IMG/VR virus record: IMGVR_UViG_2864653697_000002
Reading direction: 5' to 3' (one strand)
Source: a virus
Taxonomy: Duplodnaviria > Caudoviricetes
Length of the DNA stretch: 64,000 bases
In this document: positions 20,049 to 29,524 of the stretch, piece after piece
Position numbering within the stretch: the stretch's first letter is position 1
How the letters are laid out: every line of letters starts with the position of its first letter
Position numbers and translations under genes: made by a program
The notes under the pieces: generated by a model
Databases searched by the model: none
Told to the model about the DNA's origin: nothing
The model's input: the letters and a program-made list of their open reading frames with translations, nothing else

Positions 20049-20541
20049 GCCGCTGAGCCCCAAAGGCGCAAAGGTCGTCAAGGCCACGACCACCTCCGGA
20101 GCCTTGATCGCATTGGCGATGGCGCTCGCGGTGCCGACCATCGAGAAGTGGGAGGGGACGAAGACGACTCCCTACCGCGACGTGGTCGGCATCTGGACGG
20201 TTTGCACCGGCGAGACGCGCGTCAAGATGCGCACATACACCAAGGCCGAATGCGAGACGATGCTCAAGAGCACCCTCGACAACGAATTCGCGCCCGCCGT
20301 GCGCAAGGCCGTCCCGAAGATCGTCGAACATCCGCACGCATACGCGGCGTCCATCAGTCTCTCCTACAACATCGGCAACGCGGCCTTCGCTCGCTCGACG
20401 GTGGCGCGGCGTTTCAATGCCGGCGACTGGAAGGGGGGCTGCGACGCGTTCCTGATGTGGAACAAGGCCGGCGGCCGCGTCGTCCAGGGTCTGGTCAATC
20501 GCCGCCAAGCTGAGCGCAAGCTCTGCCTTACGGGTCTGTAA
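20041..20541 (+). CDS. SAR endolysin, GH24 lysozyme
   Basis: Weakly hydrophobic N-terminal anchor, then the E-8x-D-5x-T triad (WEGTKTTPYRDVVGIWT); GLVNRRQAER end. Confidence 0.92.
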   Translation: MGEPLSPKGAKVVKATTTSGALIALAMALAVPTIEKWEGTKTTPYRDVVGIWTVCTGETRVKMRTYTKAECETMLKSTLDNEFAPAVRKAVPKIVEHPHAYAASISLSYNIGNAAFARSTVARRFNAGDWKGGCDAFLMWNKAGGRVVQGLVNRRQAERKLCLTGL

Positions 20542-21005
20542 TGAGCCCCATCCTCCTGCGCTTCCTGCCCCACGGACTGGTCGCTGTTGCCGTCATCGGC
20601 GCGTATCTATGGATCGACCATCGCGGCTATGAACGCGCGACACGGGATCGCGAATTCGAGCGCCAGGTCACAGCGCTCATGCTGACGCGCGCCGCGCGCG
20701 ACGTCGAACAGAACCTCGGCGCCTCCATGGCGAAGCGCGACGAAGAATATGCGGCGCAGCGTCGCTCCATCGAAACCGTTCGAACCACCCATCAGTCCAT
20801 TATCACGAAGGAGATCGGCCGAGATGCGCGCCTCTCTGATCCTGCTCTCGGCATTACTGACGAGCTGCGGGAAGCCCTCAACGCCGCCCGCCGGGAGACT
20901 GGCGCCTGTGCCCCCACCGCTGCCGGCGGAATTCGCTGCGCCCTGCCCGCCCCTGACGGAACTGGCCGGGAAGAGCATCGGCGAACTGACGCAGGCGGAC
21001 TTTGA
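20541..21005 (+). CDS. i-spanin (Rz-like)
   Basis: N-terminal TM helix, coiled-coil periplasmic part, follows the endolysin. Confidence 0.8.
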   Translation: MSPILLRFLPHGLVAVAVIGAYLWIDHRGYERATRDREFERQVTALMLTRAARDVEQNLGASMAKRDEEYAAQRRSIETVRTTHQSIITKEIGRDARLSDPALGITDELREALNAARRETGACAPTAAGGIRCALPAPDGTGREEHRRTDAGGL

Positions 21006-21108
21006 CGCCGTGCTGATCTACGCGATATGCCAGAGGCGACACGCCGCTGTGGTCAACGCCTATGTCGGTGCACGACAGGCGGCCGTTGACTGGAACGCCG
21101 GTCAGTGA
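20824..21108 (+). CDS. o-spanin lipoprotein (Rz1-like), overlapping the i-spanin
   Basis: RBS AAGGAG; MRASLILLSALLTS-C lipobox; Pro-rich mature region; different frame. Confidence 0.85.
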   Translation: MRASLILLSALLTSCGKPSTPPAGRLAPVPPPLPAEFAAPCPPLTELAGKSIGELTQADFDAVLIYAICQRRHAAVVNAYVGARQAAVDWNAGQ

Positions 21109-21416
21109 GCGAGGACTCGGTGGCGTATCAGGCCCTCAATCTCGCCCACAGCGTCGACCAGGCCGTGAAGAGCCACGAGGCGATATGCGCAGAGCGCTAC
21201 GCCGGCATTCACAGCGCCATCAAGGACATCAAGGCTGTCCTATGGAAGGCCGGCGCCGGTGCGTTCGGAATCATCCTGAGCATGCTGGCCTACCTGGTCG
21301 TGCAGCAGATCGCCACCAACGACAAGCTGCACGATGAGCGGGAAAGCGCGATCCGAGCGCTGCAACAGCAGCTCAGCGACGAACGCATGGTGAGGGCAGC
21401 GGAGAACCGTCGTTGA
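21105..21416 (+). CDS. Single-TM protein after the lysis cassette
   Basis: Coiled-coil, TM, coiled-coil layout; GTGA overlap. Confidence 0.55.
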   Translation: MSEDSVAYQALNLAHSVDQAVKSHEAICAERYAGIHSAIKDIKAVLWKAGAGAFGIILSMLAYLVVQQIATNDKLHDERESAIRALQQQLSDERMVRAAENRR

Positions 21417-22645
21417 TAGATGAAGCCCTTCGCGAGTTCGCGACTCCGCGGCAGATCGAGTTCATCGACGCCATCAACAAGCACGGCAGCGCTGGCGCGG
21501 CCGAGCGCGCTCTTGAACTGAGCGACGGACTGATCAGAAAATCAATGCGGCGTCTCAAGGCGAACGCTGCGCGCAAAGGCTATGCGCCTGGTCACTGGGA
21601 AGGCGGCACAGCGCCCGGCTACCTGATGGGCAAGGTGACGGTCCATCGCACGCCAAAAGGCGTCGTTCAGCAGTGGGAGCGCCAGCATCCCGATCTCGAA
21701 CTATTCGAGCAGTTCAAGGAAGGCGTCAAGACCTTCATCGGCGACACCGTCGGCCCGATTGTCCCTGCGCCGCCGGTTGCCGGCCGGGATAATGATGTCA
21801 TCCCGTGGATCAACATCGGAGACGGCCACCTCGGCATGCTCGCCCACGAGGCAGAGACCGGCGCCAATTTCGATCTGAAGATCGCCGAGCGCGAACTCTG
21901 CGCCGCGATTTCGATCGCCGTTGACGATATGGTCCACCATGACCGCGCTGTCCTCCAGGACATGGGAGACATGACGCACTACGAGAATTTCTCCGGGACG
22001 ACGGAGGCCAGCGGCCACGCGCTGGACTATGATACCCGGTTTCCGAAGATGATCCGCGTCTACAGCCGCGTGATGCGCTTCATCATCGACAAGCTGCTCG
22101 AGAAGGTCAACACGCTCGACGTCATCATCAACCAGGGCAACCACAGTCGCACGAACGACATCTGGATGGCCGAGCTTGTCCGCGTCGCCTACGGTGCGAG
22201 CGGGCGCGTCAACGTGCTCGACAACGACAACAAATTCATTGCCTATCGCATGGGCAACACGTTCGTGATGTGCCATCACTCCGATAAGTGTCGCCCTGCG
22301 CAGCTCGCTCATGTCATGGCGACCGACTTCGCGCGCGACTGGGGCGAGTGCCAGTATCGCTACATCGATATTGGCCACATCCACCATAACATGGTGCTCA
22401 AGGAGCACCCGGGCGTCGTGATCGAGTCCTTCAACCAGTTGGCGAACAAGGATCTCTGGGCTCACGACGGCGGGTATCGATCCAGGCAGTGCCTGACGAT
22501 CATCAAGCGCAGCCGCACCTACGGCGATATCGGCCGGCGCATCATTCCTATCGGTGAAGTGCGGGACAGGATCGCAGCAGCCCATGCTGCCGTTGGTTCC
22601 GCCGCCCCCTATGTCCCAAAGGAGCGGCGGGCGTTCACCGTTTAA
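21413..22645 (+). CDS. HTH-fused calcineurin-like metallophosphoesterase
   Basis: GDGHLG, DMGDMTH, GNHS, HHSD and GHIHH metal motifs; N-terminal HTH-like segment. Confidence 0.75.
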   Translation: MIDEALREFATPRQIEFIDAINKHGSAGAAERALELSDGLIRKSMRRLKANAARKGYAPGHWEGGTAPGYLMGKVTVHRTPKGVVQQWERQHPDLELFEQFKEGVKTFIGDTVGPIVPAPPVAGRDNDVIPWINIGDGHLGMLAHEAETGANFDLKIAERELCAAISIAVDDMVHHDRAVLQDMGDMTHYENFSGTTEASGHALDYDTRFPKMIRVYSRVMRFIIDKLLEKVNTLDVIINQGNHSRTNDIWMAELVRVAYGASGRVNVLDNDNKFIAYRMGNTFVMCHHSDKCRPAQLAHVMATDFARDWGECQYRYIDIGHIHHNMVLKEHPGVVIESFNQLANKDLWAHDGGYRSRQCLTIIKRSRTYGDIGRRIIPIGEVRDRIAAAHAAVGSAAPYVPKERRAFTV

Positions 22646-22905
22646 GGCAGAACGTGTTCACCGAGTCTGTGGAAGAATGCGCGTTCCATCGGTCCGATCT
22701 GCCCGACCCTGGCTATCGCGTCAGCCACGAACGGAAGCATGATCGGGTGTCCGCTCACCCGCATGGCGATGACAAGTGCGTCAGCGCGGGATTTTCCCTC
22801 GAAAATGAGATCCTGCCCACTCTTGTCCGAAGGGGGCCAATAATTTATCAACCCCTCCCGGGAACGTTCTGCGAAGTAGGGTGTTTCCAGCTTAACTTGA
22901 TCCAT
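22642..22905 (-). CDS. Hypothetical protein
   Basis: 87 aa with RBS AGGA. Confidence 0.5.
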   Translation of the reverse strand: MDQVKLETPYFAERSREGLINYWPPSDKSGQDLIFEGKSRADALVIAMRVSGHPIMLPFVADAIARVGQIGPMERAFFHRLGEHVLP

Positions 22906-22943
22906 GATGCAGTCCTAAGTGCATTGGTTGGAGATGGTTTACG

Positions 22944-22978
22944 AAGACGTCACCCGCGGCAACGGGTGACGTCTTTTT
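22944..22978 (+). terminator. Rho-independent terminator
   Basis: AAGACGTCACCCG-CGGCAA-CGGGTGACGTCTT followed by TTT. Confidence 0.8.
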
Positions 22979-23017
22979 GCTGTCACATTAACCGGCCATG
23001 ATGTTGACCCCTCTCTT

Positions 23018-23046
23018 AAGACGCCGACTCGCGGCGTCTTTATTTG
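23018..23046 (+). terminator. Second rho-independent terminator
   Basis: AAGACGCCG-ACTCG-CGGCGTCTT followed by TATTT. Confidence 0.65.
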
Positions 23047-23056
23047 TGCCCCATAG

Positions 23057-23085
23057 TTGCACATGTCTTCCTAAAAAAGTAGAAA
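23057..23085 (+). promoter_or_regulatory. Candidate sigma70 promoter for the HTH gene
   Basis: TTGCAC-N17-TAGAAA in an AT-rich spacer. Confidence 0.45.
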
Positions 23086-23113
23086 TATCTGCGTCGCAAC
23101 GGGGGAATCCAGA

Positions 23114-23563
23114 ATGTATGCGTGGCTGATGCAGGGGGCGCAAACCGTCATAGCCGAGTGGATGAAGGCCTATCTGGCCAGATCCGGGAAAACTGCGAGC
23201 GAATGGTCCGCGTCCGCCGGCCTGCACAAGACGACCGTAAGCCGCGCGATGAAGGACGACTTCAACTCGGTCACGTCGATACCCACCCTGCACCGCCTCG
23301 CCTCCGCCGCAGGAATTCCTTCCGTGCTCGATTTTCTCAGAGCGCAGGCGGTGGAGCAGGAACTCCCCGATCTTACGATAGAATTGCTCAGAGAGACGCT
23401 GGCGATGCTCGGATGCACGCTTACCGATGCCGATTTCAACTGGCTTAGCACCGTGATGCTCTCGGCCAGGGCTATGATCGACAAGCTCGAGCCCGACATG
23501 CGTTCCAACCCGACCTTCAGAAAGGCCGTGCTGAAAGCCGTGGTCGAGAAGGCGAATCGATGA
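23114..23563 (+). CDS. XRE-like HTH regulator (moron-like)
   Basis: TASEWSASAGLHKTTVSRAM helix-turn-helix; own candidate promoter, opposite to flanking genes. Confidence 0.7.
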   Translation: MYAWLMQGAQTVIAEWMKAYLARSGKTASEWSASAGLHKTTVSRAMKDDFNSVTSIPTLHRLASAAGIPSVLDFLRAQAVEQELPDLTIELLRETLAMLGCTLTDADFNWLSTVMLSARAMIDKLEPDMRSNPTFRKAVLKAVVEKANR

Positions 23564-23577
23564 CATGGCCTGAGTTT

Positions 23578-23592
23578 GTTCTATTTTTGTTC
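23578..23592. promoter_or_regulatory. Alphaproteobacterial LexA (SOS) box
   Basis: GTTC-TATTTTT-GTTC, an exact GTTC-N7-GTTC in an AT-rich intergenic spacer. Confidence 0.65.
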
Positions 23593-23615
23593 CTGTAGGA
23601 AATAGGCTTTTTCAG

Positions 23616-24818
23616 CTAGACCAGAATATCGTCGAACTCCGACGACGCCCCCTCTCCCCCGATGATCTCGTCAAATTCGTAATCGAACGAGGTGAAAATA
23701 TCCCTGCAGGATATGCCGAATCTTTTTCGAATGTCAGTAACATATGTTAGATCAGCCTCCATCAGAATGCAGTCGAAGCCTTCCTCCTGCGCAGCGGCGC
23801 CGGTGGTTCCACTGCCAGCGAATGGGTCCAGGATCGTACCGCCCGGTGGCGTTACGAGGCGGCACAACCACTGCATGAGACGCTTCGGCTTCACTGTCGG
23901 ATGCTTTGATCCGGCGCGATCGGCTTTGCCTGCCTTGGCGTGGTAGAAGATCGGATTTGATTCGATCGATTCGACCAGTCCGAGTTCGATCATCATGTCG
24001 ATGTCGTCCTCGCTCAGCGGGAAGCCGTTGAAGAACCTGGCCGCGCTGCCGCTGTCGCCTCGCGGTTCCATCTCTGCGCCCGGCGCGCCGCGACGCATCT
24101 CGCCGTAGGTGTTCTGGTTCTCGCGGGACTCGCTGCTGCTGCTGCGTGCGAGTTGTCCCTTGGAGTCCGGAAACATCGCGACGACATCGGCCGAGCCGTC
24201 GTGAAGCAAGTTGGCTGGAATGCGTCCGACGCCACCGACCGTTTCGACTCGACAACCGTCGATATTTATTCCGCCAACTCCATGCTTGCACCAATTCGAC
24301 GTCCCGTTTTTCTCGCTGAACGCCCTCTGCGCAAAATAGATAGGCTCAAGCGCAGGCTTTGTGGCCTGCGCTCCGTACTGCCATCCATCGGCTGCCCCGA
24401 GTTGGAATTTGTGCCCCTTTGGCATTCCTGTTCCATAAACCCACCCAAAGAACGGATGCATGACGAAACCCGCCATCTCCATGGCGCAGGCCTGCCAGTG
24501 GCCGGTGCGCGGAGACGAGAAGGCCAGCACGTAGCCACCTGGCAGCAGGATATCGTAGATCAGCTTCCAGAACTCGGGGTCGCGCTCGATGCCGGACGCG
24601 TCCCACTGCTGGTTCATGAAGCCGCCGGACGCGCGCTTGAAAACGCCGGTCGGCCCGTTCGACTTGGCGGCAGCGCTGCCCTCCTTCCCGAACCGCTTGA
24701 CGGTCGAGACCAGACCATATGGCGGATCCGTGACGACAGAATGCACGCGCACACCCTGGTCGATCAGGCGACGCAAAGACTCGCGGTTGTCGCCTTCGTA
24801 AAGGGTGATGCTGCTCAT
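23616..24818 (-). CDS. Orphan amino (N6A/N4C) DNA methyltransferase, beta class
   Basis: VVTDPPYG; HPTVKP; ILDPFAGSGTTG. Confidence 0.92.
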   Translation of the reverse strand: MSSITLYEGDNRESLRRLIDQGVRVHSVVTDPPYGLVSTVKRFGKEGSAAAKSNGPTGVFKRASGGFMNQQWDASGIERDPEFWKLIYDILLPGGYVLAFSSPRTGHWQACAMEMAGFVMHPFFGWVYGTGMPKGHKFQLGAADGWQYGAQATKPALEPIYFAQRAFSEKNGTSNWCKHGVGGINIDGCRVETVGGVGRIPANLLHDGSADVVAMFPDSKGQLARSSSSESRENQNTYGEMRRGAPGAEMEPRGDSGSAARFFNGFPLSEDDIDMMIELGLVESIESNPIFYHAKAGKADRAGSKHPTVKPKRLMQWLCRLVTPPGGTILDPFAGSGTTGAAAQEEGFDCILMEADLTYVTDIRKRFGISCRDIFTSFDYEFDEIIGGEGASSEFDDILV

Positions 24819-25117
24819 CCGATCAGATCCTCGAATTCGGCGGAGGCGATCGCCTCTTCAATGTCGGTCTGCGCCGCGGCTCTGGGCGCAGAGGCGTAGC
24901 GGCGCTCCATGTCACGGGTCTTCCGCGCATCTTCCAGGAGCGCCTTGCGCAGCGCCTCGACCGGATCAGCGAACACCTTGCTGTCGGTCTGCCGCATCGC
25001 CTCAGTCGTATCCGCCGGGTAGTGGCAGACACTTGCCTGCCACCCGCCATTGTCACGAAAGAGCTGGATGTGCCCGTAAACCAGGGTGCATTCACGCAGC
25101 AGGGTTTCGAGGCTCAT
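24815..25117 (-). CDS. Hypothetical protein ending EFEDLIG
   Basis: ATGA-coupled to the methyltransferase. Confidence 0.6.
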   Translation of the reverse strand: MSLETLLRECTLVYGHIQLFRDNGGWQASVCHYPADTTEAMRQTDSKVFADPVEALRKALLEDARKTRDMERRYASAPRAAAQTDIEEAIASAEFEDLIG

Positions 25118-25349
25118 CGGCCGCCCTCCCCAAAACACGATGCGACCAGTAGAGACCTTCCGGCCCGCATCGGTCCTTGTTGAAGAAGCGGCCGGGTGAT
25201 TTGCGCTGCTCGCGCGCATATCGCAGATCGACGGTATCCCCCTCGACGAGATCAAATCGCTTGATTCGTGCGCATAGCGGCGAGCCTGGGTGAGGCTGCG
25301 GGCGATAGTGAACGCATGTCACGCATGCCGGAGGACGAAGCTGGCTCAT
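25092..25349 (-). CDS. Hypothetical Cys-containing protein
   Basis: CVTCVH...C...C pattern; ATGA-coupled to gapR. Confidence 0.55.
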   Translation of the reverse strand: MSQLRPPACVTCVHYRPQPHPGSPLCARIKRFDLVEGDTVDLRYAREQRKSPGRFFNKDRCGPEGLYWSHRVLGRAADEPRNPAA

Positions 25350-25606
25350 TCGATCATGCCCAGCGCGATCATGTAGGTTTCGAGGATAGCCTCCGCATTC
25401 TGGCGATCGTCCGCCGGTATCTTCCGCAGCCGGATGATCTGCCGCATGATCTTGACGTCGTAGCCGGTGGCCTTGGCTTCGAGATAGACGTCCTTGATGT
25501 CGTCGGCGATGCCCTTCTTCTCTTCTTCCAGGCGCTCGACGCGCTCGATGAGAAGGCGCAACTGATCCGCAGCGACGGCGTCGCTATTGTGTCCGATGGT
25601 GCTCAT
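25346..25606 (-). CDS. gapR: GapR-like nucleoid protein (DUF2312)
   Basis: [51 protein letters not shown] signature. Confidence 0.92.
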   Translation of the reverse strand: MSTIGHNSDAVAADQLRLLIERVERLEEEKKGIADDIKDVYLEAKATGYDVKIMRQIIRLRKIPADDRQNAEAILETYMIALGMIE

Positions 25607-25770
25607 CTTTGTTTCCTCCGTTCATATGCTTGCAGTGCAGCGAGCAGGCGCGCTGAACCGGTGGTCGCTTGCCTTTCGAAAATTTTCTGATCGCGCGTTC
25701 CGATTGGATCGCCGGCAACGCCAGACTCGATCGTCTTCCGGTTGTGCCCCGGCTTGCGACGACTATGCAT
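25603..25770 (-). CDS. Small hypothetical protein
   Basis: 55 aa basic ORF filling the gap, overlapping neighbours at both ends. Confidence 0.45.
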   Translation of the reverse strand: MHSRRKPGHNRKTIESGVAGDPIGTRDQKIFERQATTGSARLLAALQAYERRKQR

Positions 25771-26083
25771 GCGCCTGATCCATGCCGGCGCGGATGTCCG
25801 TCGCGCGCGCCCGGTAGAGGATTGCCACCATGCGATGGAACGACTCCGGATTCTCCGCGTCTTCGGATGCGACCGCATCGCGGTGGGCGGCGCGCTCATC
25901 GAACCAGCGCGCGATGGCGTCGCCGTCGAGCGGCTCCATGCCTTCGATGTCCTTCGCCCTGTTCTGGTAGAGCACAGCGACGCCGCGATAATAAGACGCA
26001 CCGCGCGGATCGCTCTCGGCAAGACGCAGCGACGCCGCGCTCATATCGCGCAGCCAGCGCGCAACGGAGTTGTTTCGTGTCAT
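25763..26083 (-). CDS. Hypothetical protein with internal duplication
   Basis: VAVLYQNRAKDIEGM and VAILYRARATDIRAGM; RBS AGGGA. Confidence 0.6.
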   Translation of the reverse strand: MTRNNSVARWLRDMSAASLRLAESDPRGASYYRGVAVLYQNRAKDIEGMEPLDGDAIARWFDERAAHRDAVASEDAENPESFHRMVAILYRARATDIRAGMDQAHA

Positions 26084-26090
26084 TTTATCC

Positions 26091-26870
26091 CTAAAATGTT
26101 GACACCCAGGTGTCGACAGCGACCAACAGGTCCGACAATCTGGATGTGTTGTAGAATTCGTCCATCCGGACGGCGTCGAGTTGCCCCTCCGAGGCATGGC
26201 CACTCGTGACCTGAGCGCCAGGGCGCACGATGCGCCACGGCTCTCCGCCGTGGTAGATCACCGCCGCCAGTTCGTTGGGGAAGCGCATATCGTCGATGAC
26301 GACATGGTGACCTTCGTCGCGGAGCCTCTGCGCCGCTGCCATAGTGATGTCGCTCCACAGCGACTGGCGGATCATCTCCCGTCCGAACTCGGTGCCGATC
26401 CGCTGCTGAAGCTGGCGGCATGTTATCGGCGCCGGGCCGAAAACGTGTCGGTGCAGAAAAACGCGGAACAACCTGGATATCTCGATCGTCGCAAACAGCA
26501 CTCCGGGGACGATATCGCTGCGCCCGGCGCCGTACATGCGTTCGACCACTTCGGCCGCGGTCATGCCGAGCGCATCGAGCAGGCCTTCGATCGCCATGTT
26601 GACTGCGCGATCAATATCCAACGGCCGGCCGCCGAGCCGATGCAAATCCGGGATCGGCTCTTCCTTGCGGTCGCCGTAGACCCGATCCCGGATTTCTTCG
26701 AGGGGTAAGATATCGAGCGATTCGAGCAGCCCCTCGGTCATCTGCTTGAGCGGCGTCGCAAAGGCGATGCGCTTGAAGCCGTGCCGCTCGACCAGTCGAT
26801 TGGCGAATGTCGTCTTCCCGCTGCCCATGGCGGTGGCGCAGAGCGCAACGAGGCGTGGTCCCCTAGTCAT
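26091..26870 (-). CDS. Deoxynucleoside monophosphate kinase
   Basis: MGSGKTT P-loop; FATPLK; RQLQQRIGTEFGR; IDDMRFPNE; HASE. Confidence 0.9.
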   Translation of the reverse strand: MTRGPRLVALCATAMGSGKTTFANRLVERHGFKRIAFATPLKQMTEGLLESLDILPLEEIRDRVYGDRKEEPIPDLHRLGGRPLDIDRAVNMAIEGLLDALGMTAAEVVERMYGAGRSDIVPGVLFATIEISRLFRVFLHRHVFGPAPITCRQLQQRIGTEFGREMIRQSLWSDITMAAAQRLRDEGHHVVIDDMRFPNELAAVIYHGGEPWRIVRPGAQVTSGHASEGQLDAVRMDEFYNTSRLSDLLVAVDTWVSTF

Positions 26871-27322
26871 CCGATCAGATCCTCGAAATCATCTTCGTCA
26901 TCGGCGGCAGGAGCGCCGCCGAGCAGTTCTTCGAATTCGTCGATCGCGGCCGGCGGAGGTTGCGGCGGCGCAGGAGCGTCGGGGGTCCAGCCATCGCGAA
27001 GCCGCTGCGCCCATAACTCCGTTTCCTCGTTGCGATATTTCGCAGCGGCTTCGCTCTCATAGGCGTTGAGCACGGCCTCGATCGGACTTCGCGCTTCGCC
27101 ATCGGCGACGTGATATGACCACCACTGGTCGCGCACCTTGCCGAGTGTGAAGGCCACCGCGCCATAGACGCGCGTTTTGCCCTTGCGCTCGACATGGTCG
27201 AAGAACAGGTCGCGCTTGCCGCACGCTCGATGGAAGTGTCGCCACGCCGGAACGCGCCGCGCCTCTTCGACAAGGGGGTCCACTTTCCAGAGCACTTCAG
27301 GTATCGTGGTGTATGGGCGCAC
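26867..27322 (-). CDS. Hypothetical protein ending DFEDLIG
   Basis: 151 aa with acidic tail; ATGA-coupled. Confidence 0.65.
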   Translation of the reverse strand: MRPYTTIPEVLWKVDPLVEEARRVPAWRHFHRACGKRDLFFDHVERKGKTRVYGAVAFTLGKVRDQWWSYHVADGEARSPIEAVLNAYESEAAAKYRNEETELWAQRLRDGWTPDAPAPPQPPPAAIDEFEELLGGAPAADDEDDFEDLIG

Positions 27323-27331
27323 GGACGATGC

Positions 27332-29145
27332 TCATGAGCGAGCTCCCTGCCAGGTGAAGATGTCACGGCGATAGATCGCTCGCCGGTAGACGTGGTTGCG
27401 GAGGATCATCGGATCGGTCGCGATGGTCCGAAGGCTCGGCGCCTCCAACTCGATGAAGTCGCCGCCGTCGTGCTGGACGGTCTTTCCGTCCGCCGGGCCA
27501 CCGAGCAGCGTGATCGTTTCGCTGTCAGTCATCGACGTGGCTGCTGTAGATCGGGTGGTCGGCGGGAAGCTGGTATTCAGCTACGTACCTCCAAAAGGAA
27601 GTCGCGAAGCCACCGTCCAAGTCGCCTATAGTGGGTTCCTGCCACTTCGACTGACCGGCCCATCGCCAGCGGAATCGAACGAACGGGTGGATGTAGTTTG
27701 GTGCGCGCAGAGACGTGTTGAAGATGGACGCGCCCCATTTGATAGGCGCGGGCTCCTCCGATTTGAGGGACGCTGCGACCCGCTCGGCGAGCCGTTTCGA
27801 CAGTTCGGTCAGATCGGACTGCTGCTTGAAAGGTTTGGCGCCCATGTCCTCAGAAACTTCAGCCGGCTTGGCGGTTTTGCCTTCTTGCTCGGCGGACCCT
27901 CTGGTCTTCAATTTGAGTTGCCATATGAGCTTCTCGATGTCGGCCGTGGAGGGCACGGTAACGCTGATGGGCGGTGATGCCGCCAGCTTCATCCGCTCCT
28001 TCACCCATTCGTCGTAGCTGCGTCCTGTCGACTTCGACGCCTTCAGCGTTCGGTTCTCTTCGACGAGGCGATTGTTGGCTTCCAGCAGATCCTGGACACG
28101 AACGCGCAGCCGATCGACTTCGTAGACGAGTCCGGCGATCTCGCGCTGGCCGGGTGTGGGGTAATCCATGGTCGAGCCTCCTCAGCGAAACATGCGAAAG
28201 GTCTGCCACCCGCCGGGCATCGACGGCTCCTCGGGCTGTTTGAGCAGCACCGGGTTTCCATGCTGAGCGGCGGCGCGCGCGATGTCGGTCGCGTCGCTCA
28301 TCGTGAAGTCGGAACGCAGCAGCAGGATCGGCTCGGCCGGGATGAGGCGCGCCGGGTTCATGCATCGCACCATGATGTGCGTGTCGTTCACTGCCAGCAG
28401 CTCGAAGAAGTGGCCGGCGAACGATGCATCGCGCTTGGGCACCAGGGTGTAGAAGCGCCCCGGCTTCATGTCGTCATCGGACTTGGCGCGGCTGGGCTCT
28501 TCGACTGCCGTCACTACCGAATAGGCCGGCAGCGAACATTCGCCGACGTAGCTGCCGCTGAACATCTTGAGCAAGTTCGATGGTGTTGGCCACGCTTCAT
28601 TCGGGAGCGCCACAGCGCTCTGCGTCTGTCGCTTGTGTTTCCGTTTCGCCATGTTGTTCAATCCCTATAATGTTGACACCTTGGTCACGCAGAAATATCG
28701 GCCTCGGTCGCGCGTGCGTCTCACGGATGAGAGCGCGAGGCCTATTCGAGATATCCTGACGCGCCAGAGCTTTGCCGTCGCGCATCTGAATATGGCACAC
28801 GTCGTAGCCTTGACTGCGCAACAGGTCTGCGATCGAGTCACCGACACCCTGTTCGCTCGTGATCTCGATCGTGATGTCGTAACCGCCCATCTTATCGCCC
28901 CTTCAAACTCCAAGACGCTCGCGCGCCCAGCGGTACGGCGAACGGCCGTTGCAAATCCTGCGGATCACGTACTGCCGCGCGACCGAAACCACGGTGAATG
29001 CCGCGACGATGCCGAGGTGTGAGCCAACACCGACGTGGATCCCGTAGAGCGGAAAGATCACAGCCTGGGCGGCCAGCGACACGGCGGCGCCTATCAGGAT
29101 ATTCACCGCCACTTCGATCGCCGAGTCCACTCGCGACTGCTTCAT
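27332..29145 (-). CDS. Run of five small early genes (27332-27532, 27525-28169, 28182-28652, 28665-28913, 28903-29145; last is DUF7220-like membrane protein)
   Basis: Tightly packed co-oriented ORFs with RBSs; last has MKQSRVDSAIEVAVNILIG pattern. Confidence 0.6.
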
Positions 29146-29272
29146 CTGCCCCGCTCCGAATCACTATGATGGTGACAGTATCAATCCTGAGCGGCGTTGT
29201 CACTATCAGATTCGACTTATCACTATGATAGTGATAATTCTGGCCATCCTTCCATGGCTTCGGGAGTGGCCT

Positions 29273-29524
29273 GTGCCCCTTCAAATCGTAGAGTTCAACG
29301 ATCTCACGCCGCTGCACAATGGCGTCGCCCAGGTCACGCTGGGCGCCCCCATCGCCAACACCGATGGCGAAATCACCGGCGAAGTGACGCTGAGCGCGAA
29401 GACCCGGCTCATCAAGATCGTGGGCGACGGAACGATCGACTGGGGCAACGACACCCATCCGGAGCCGTTCCGCGGCGTCGAGTTCCGCGGCGTTACGCCC
29501 GGCATCCAGTTCACGGTCGCCTGA
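29273..29524 (+). CDS. Small beta-rich virion protein, possible head-fibre base
   Basis: GTG start after GGGAG; ends EFRGVTPGIQFTVA; TGATG-coupled to the giant gene. Confidence 0.55.
   Translation: MPLQIVEFNDLTPLHNGVAQVTLGAPIANTDGEITGEVTLSAKTRLIKIVGDGTIDWGNDTHPEPFRGVEFRGVTPGIQFTVA

Noticed and set aside
22988-23566. Minus-strand ORF starting just after the LexA box as an antirepressor protein
   Set aside because: Fully antisense to the HTH gene and reads like a shadow frame; retained only as a possible antisense RNA
29197-29523. Upstream extensions given by the ORF track (also 15806, 19924, 14569, 20749, 61386)
   Set aside because: Better starts with RBS or stop-start coupling lie downstream
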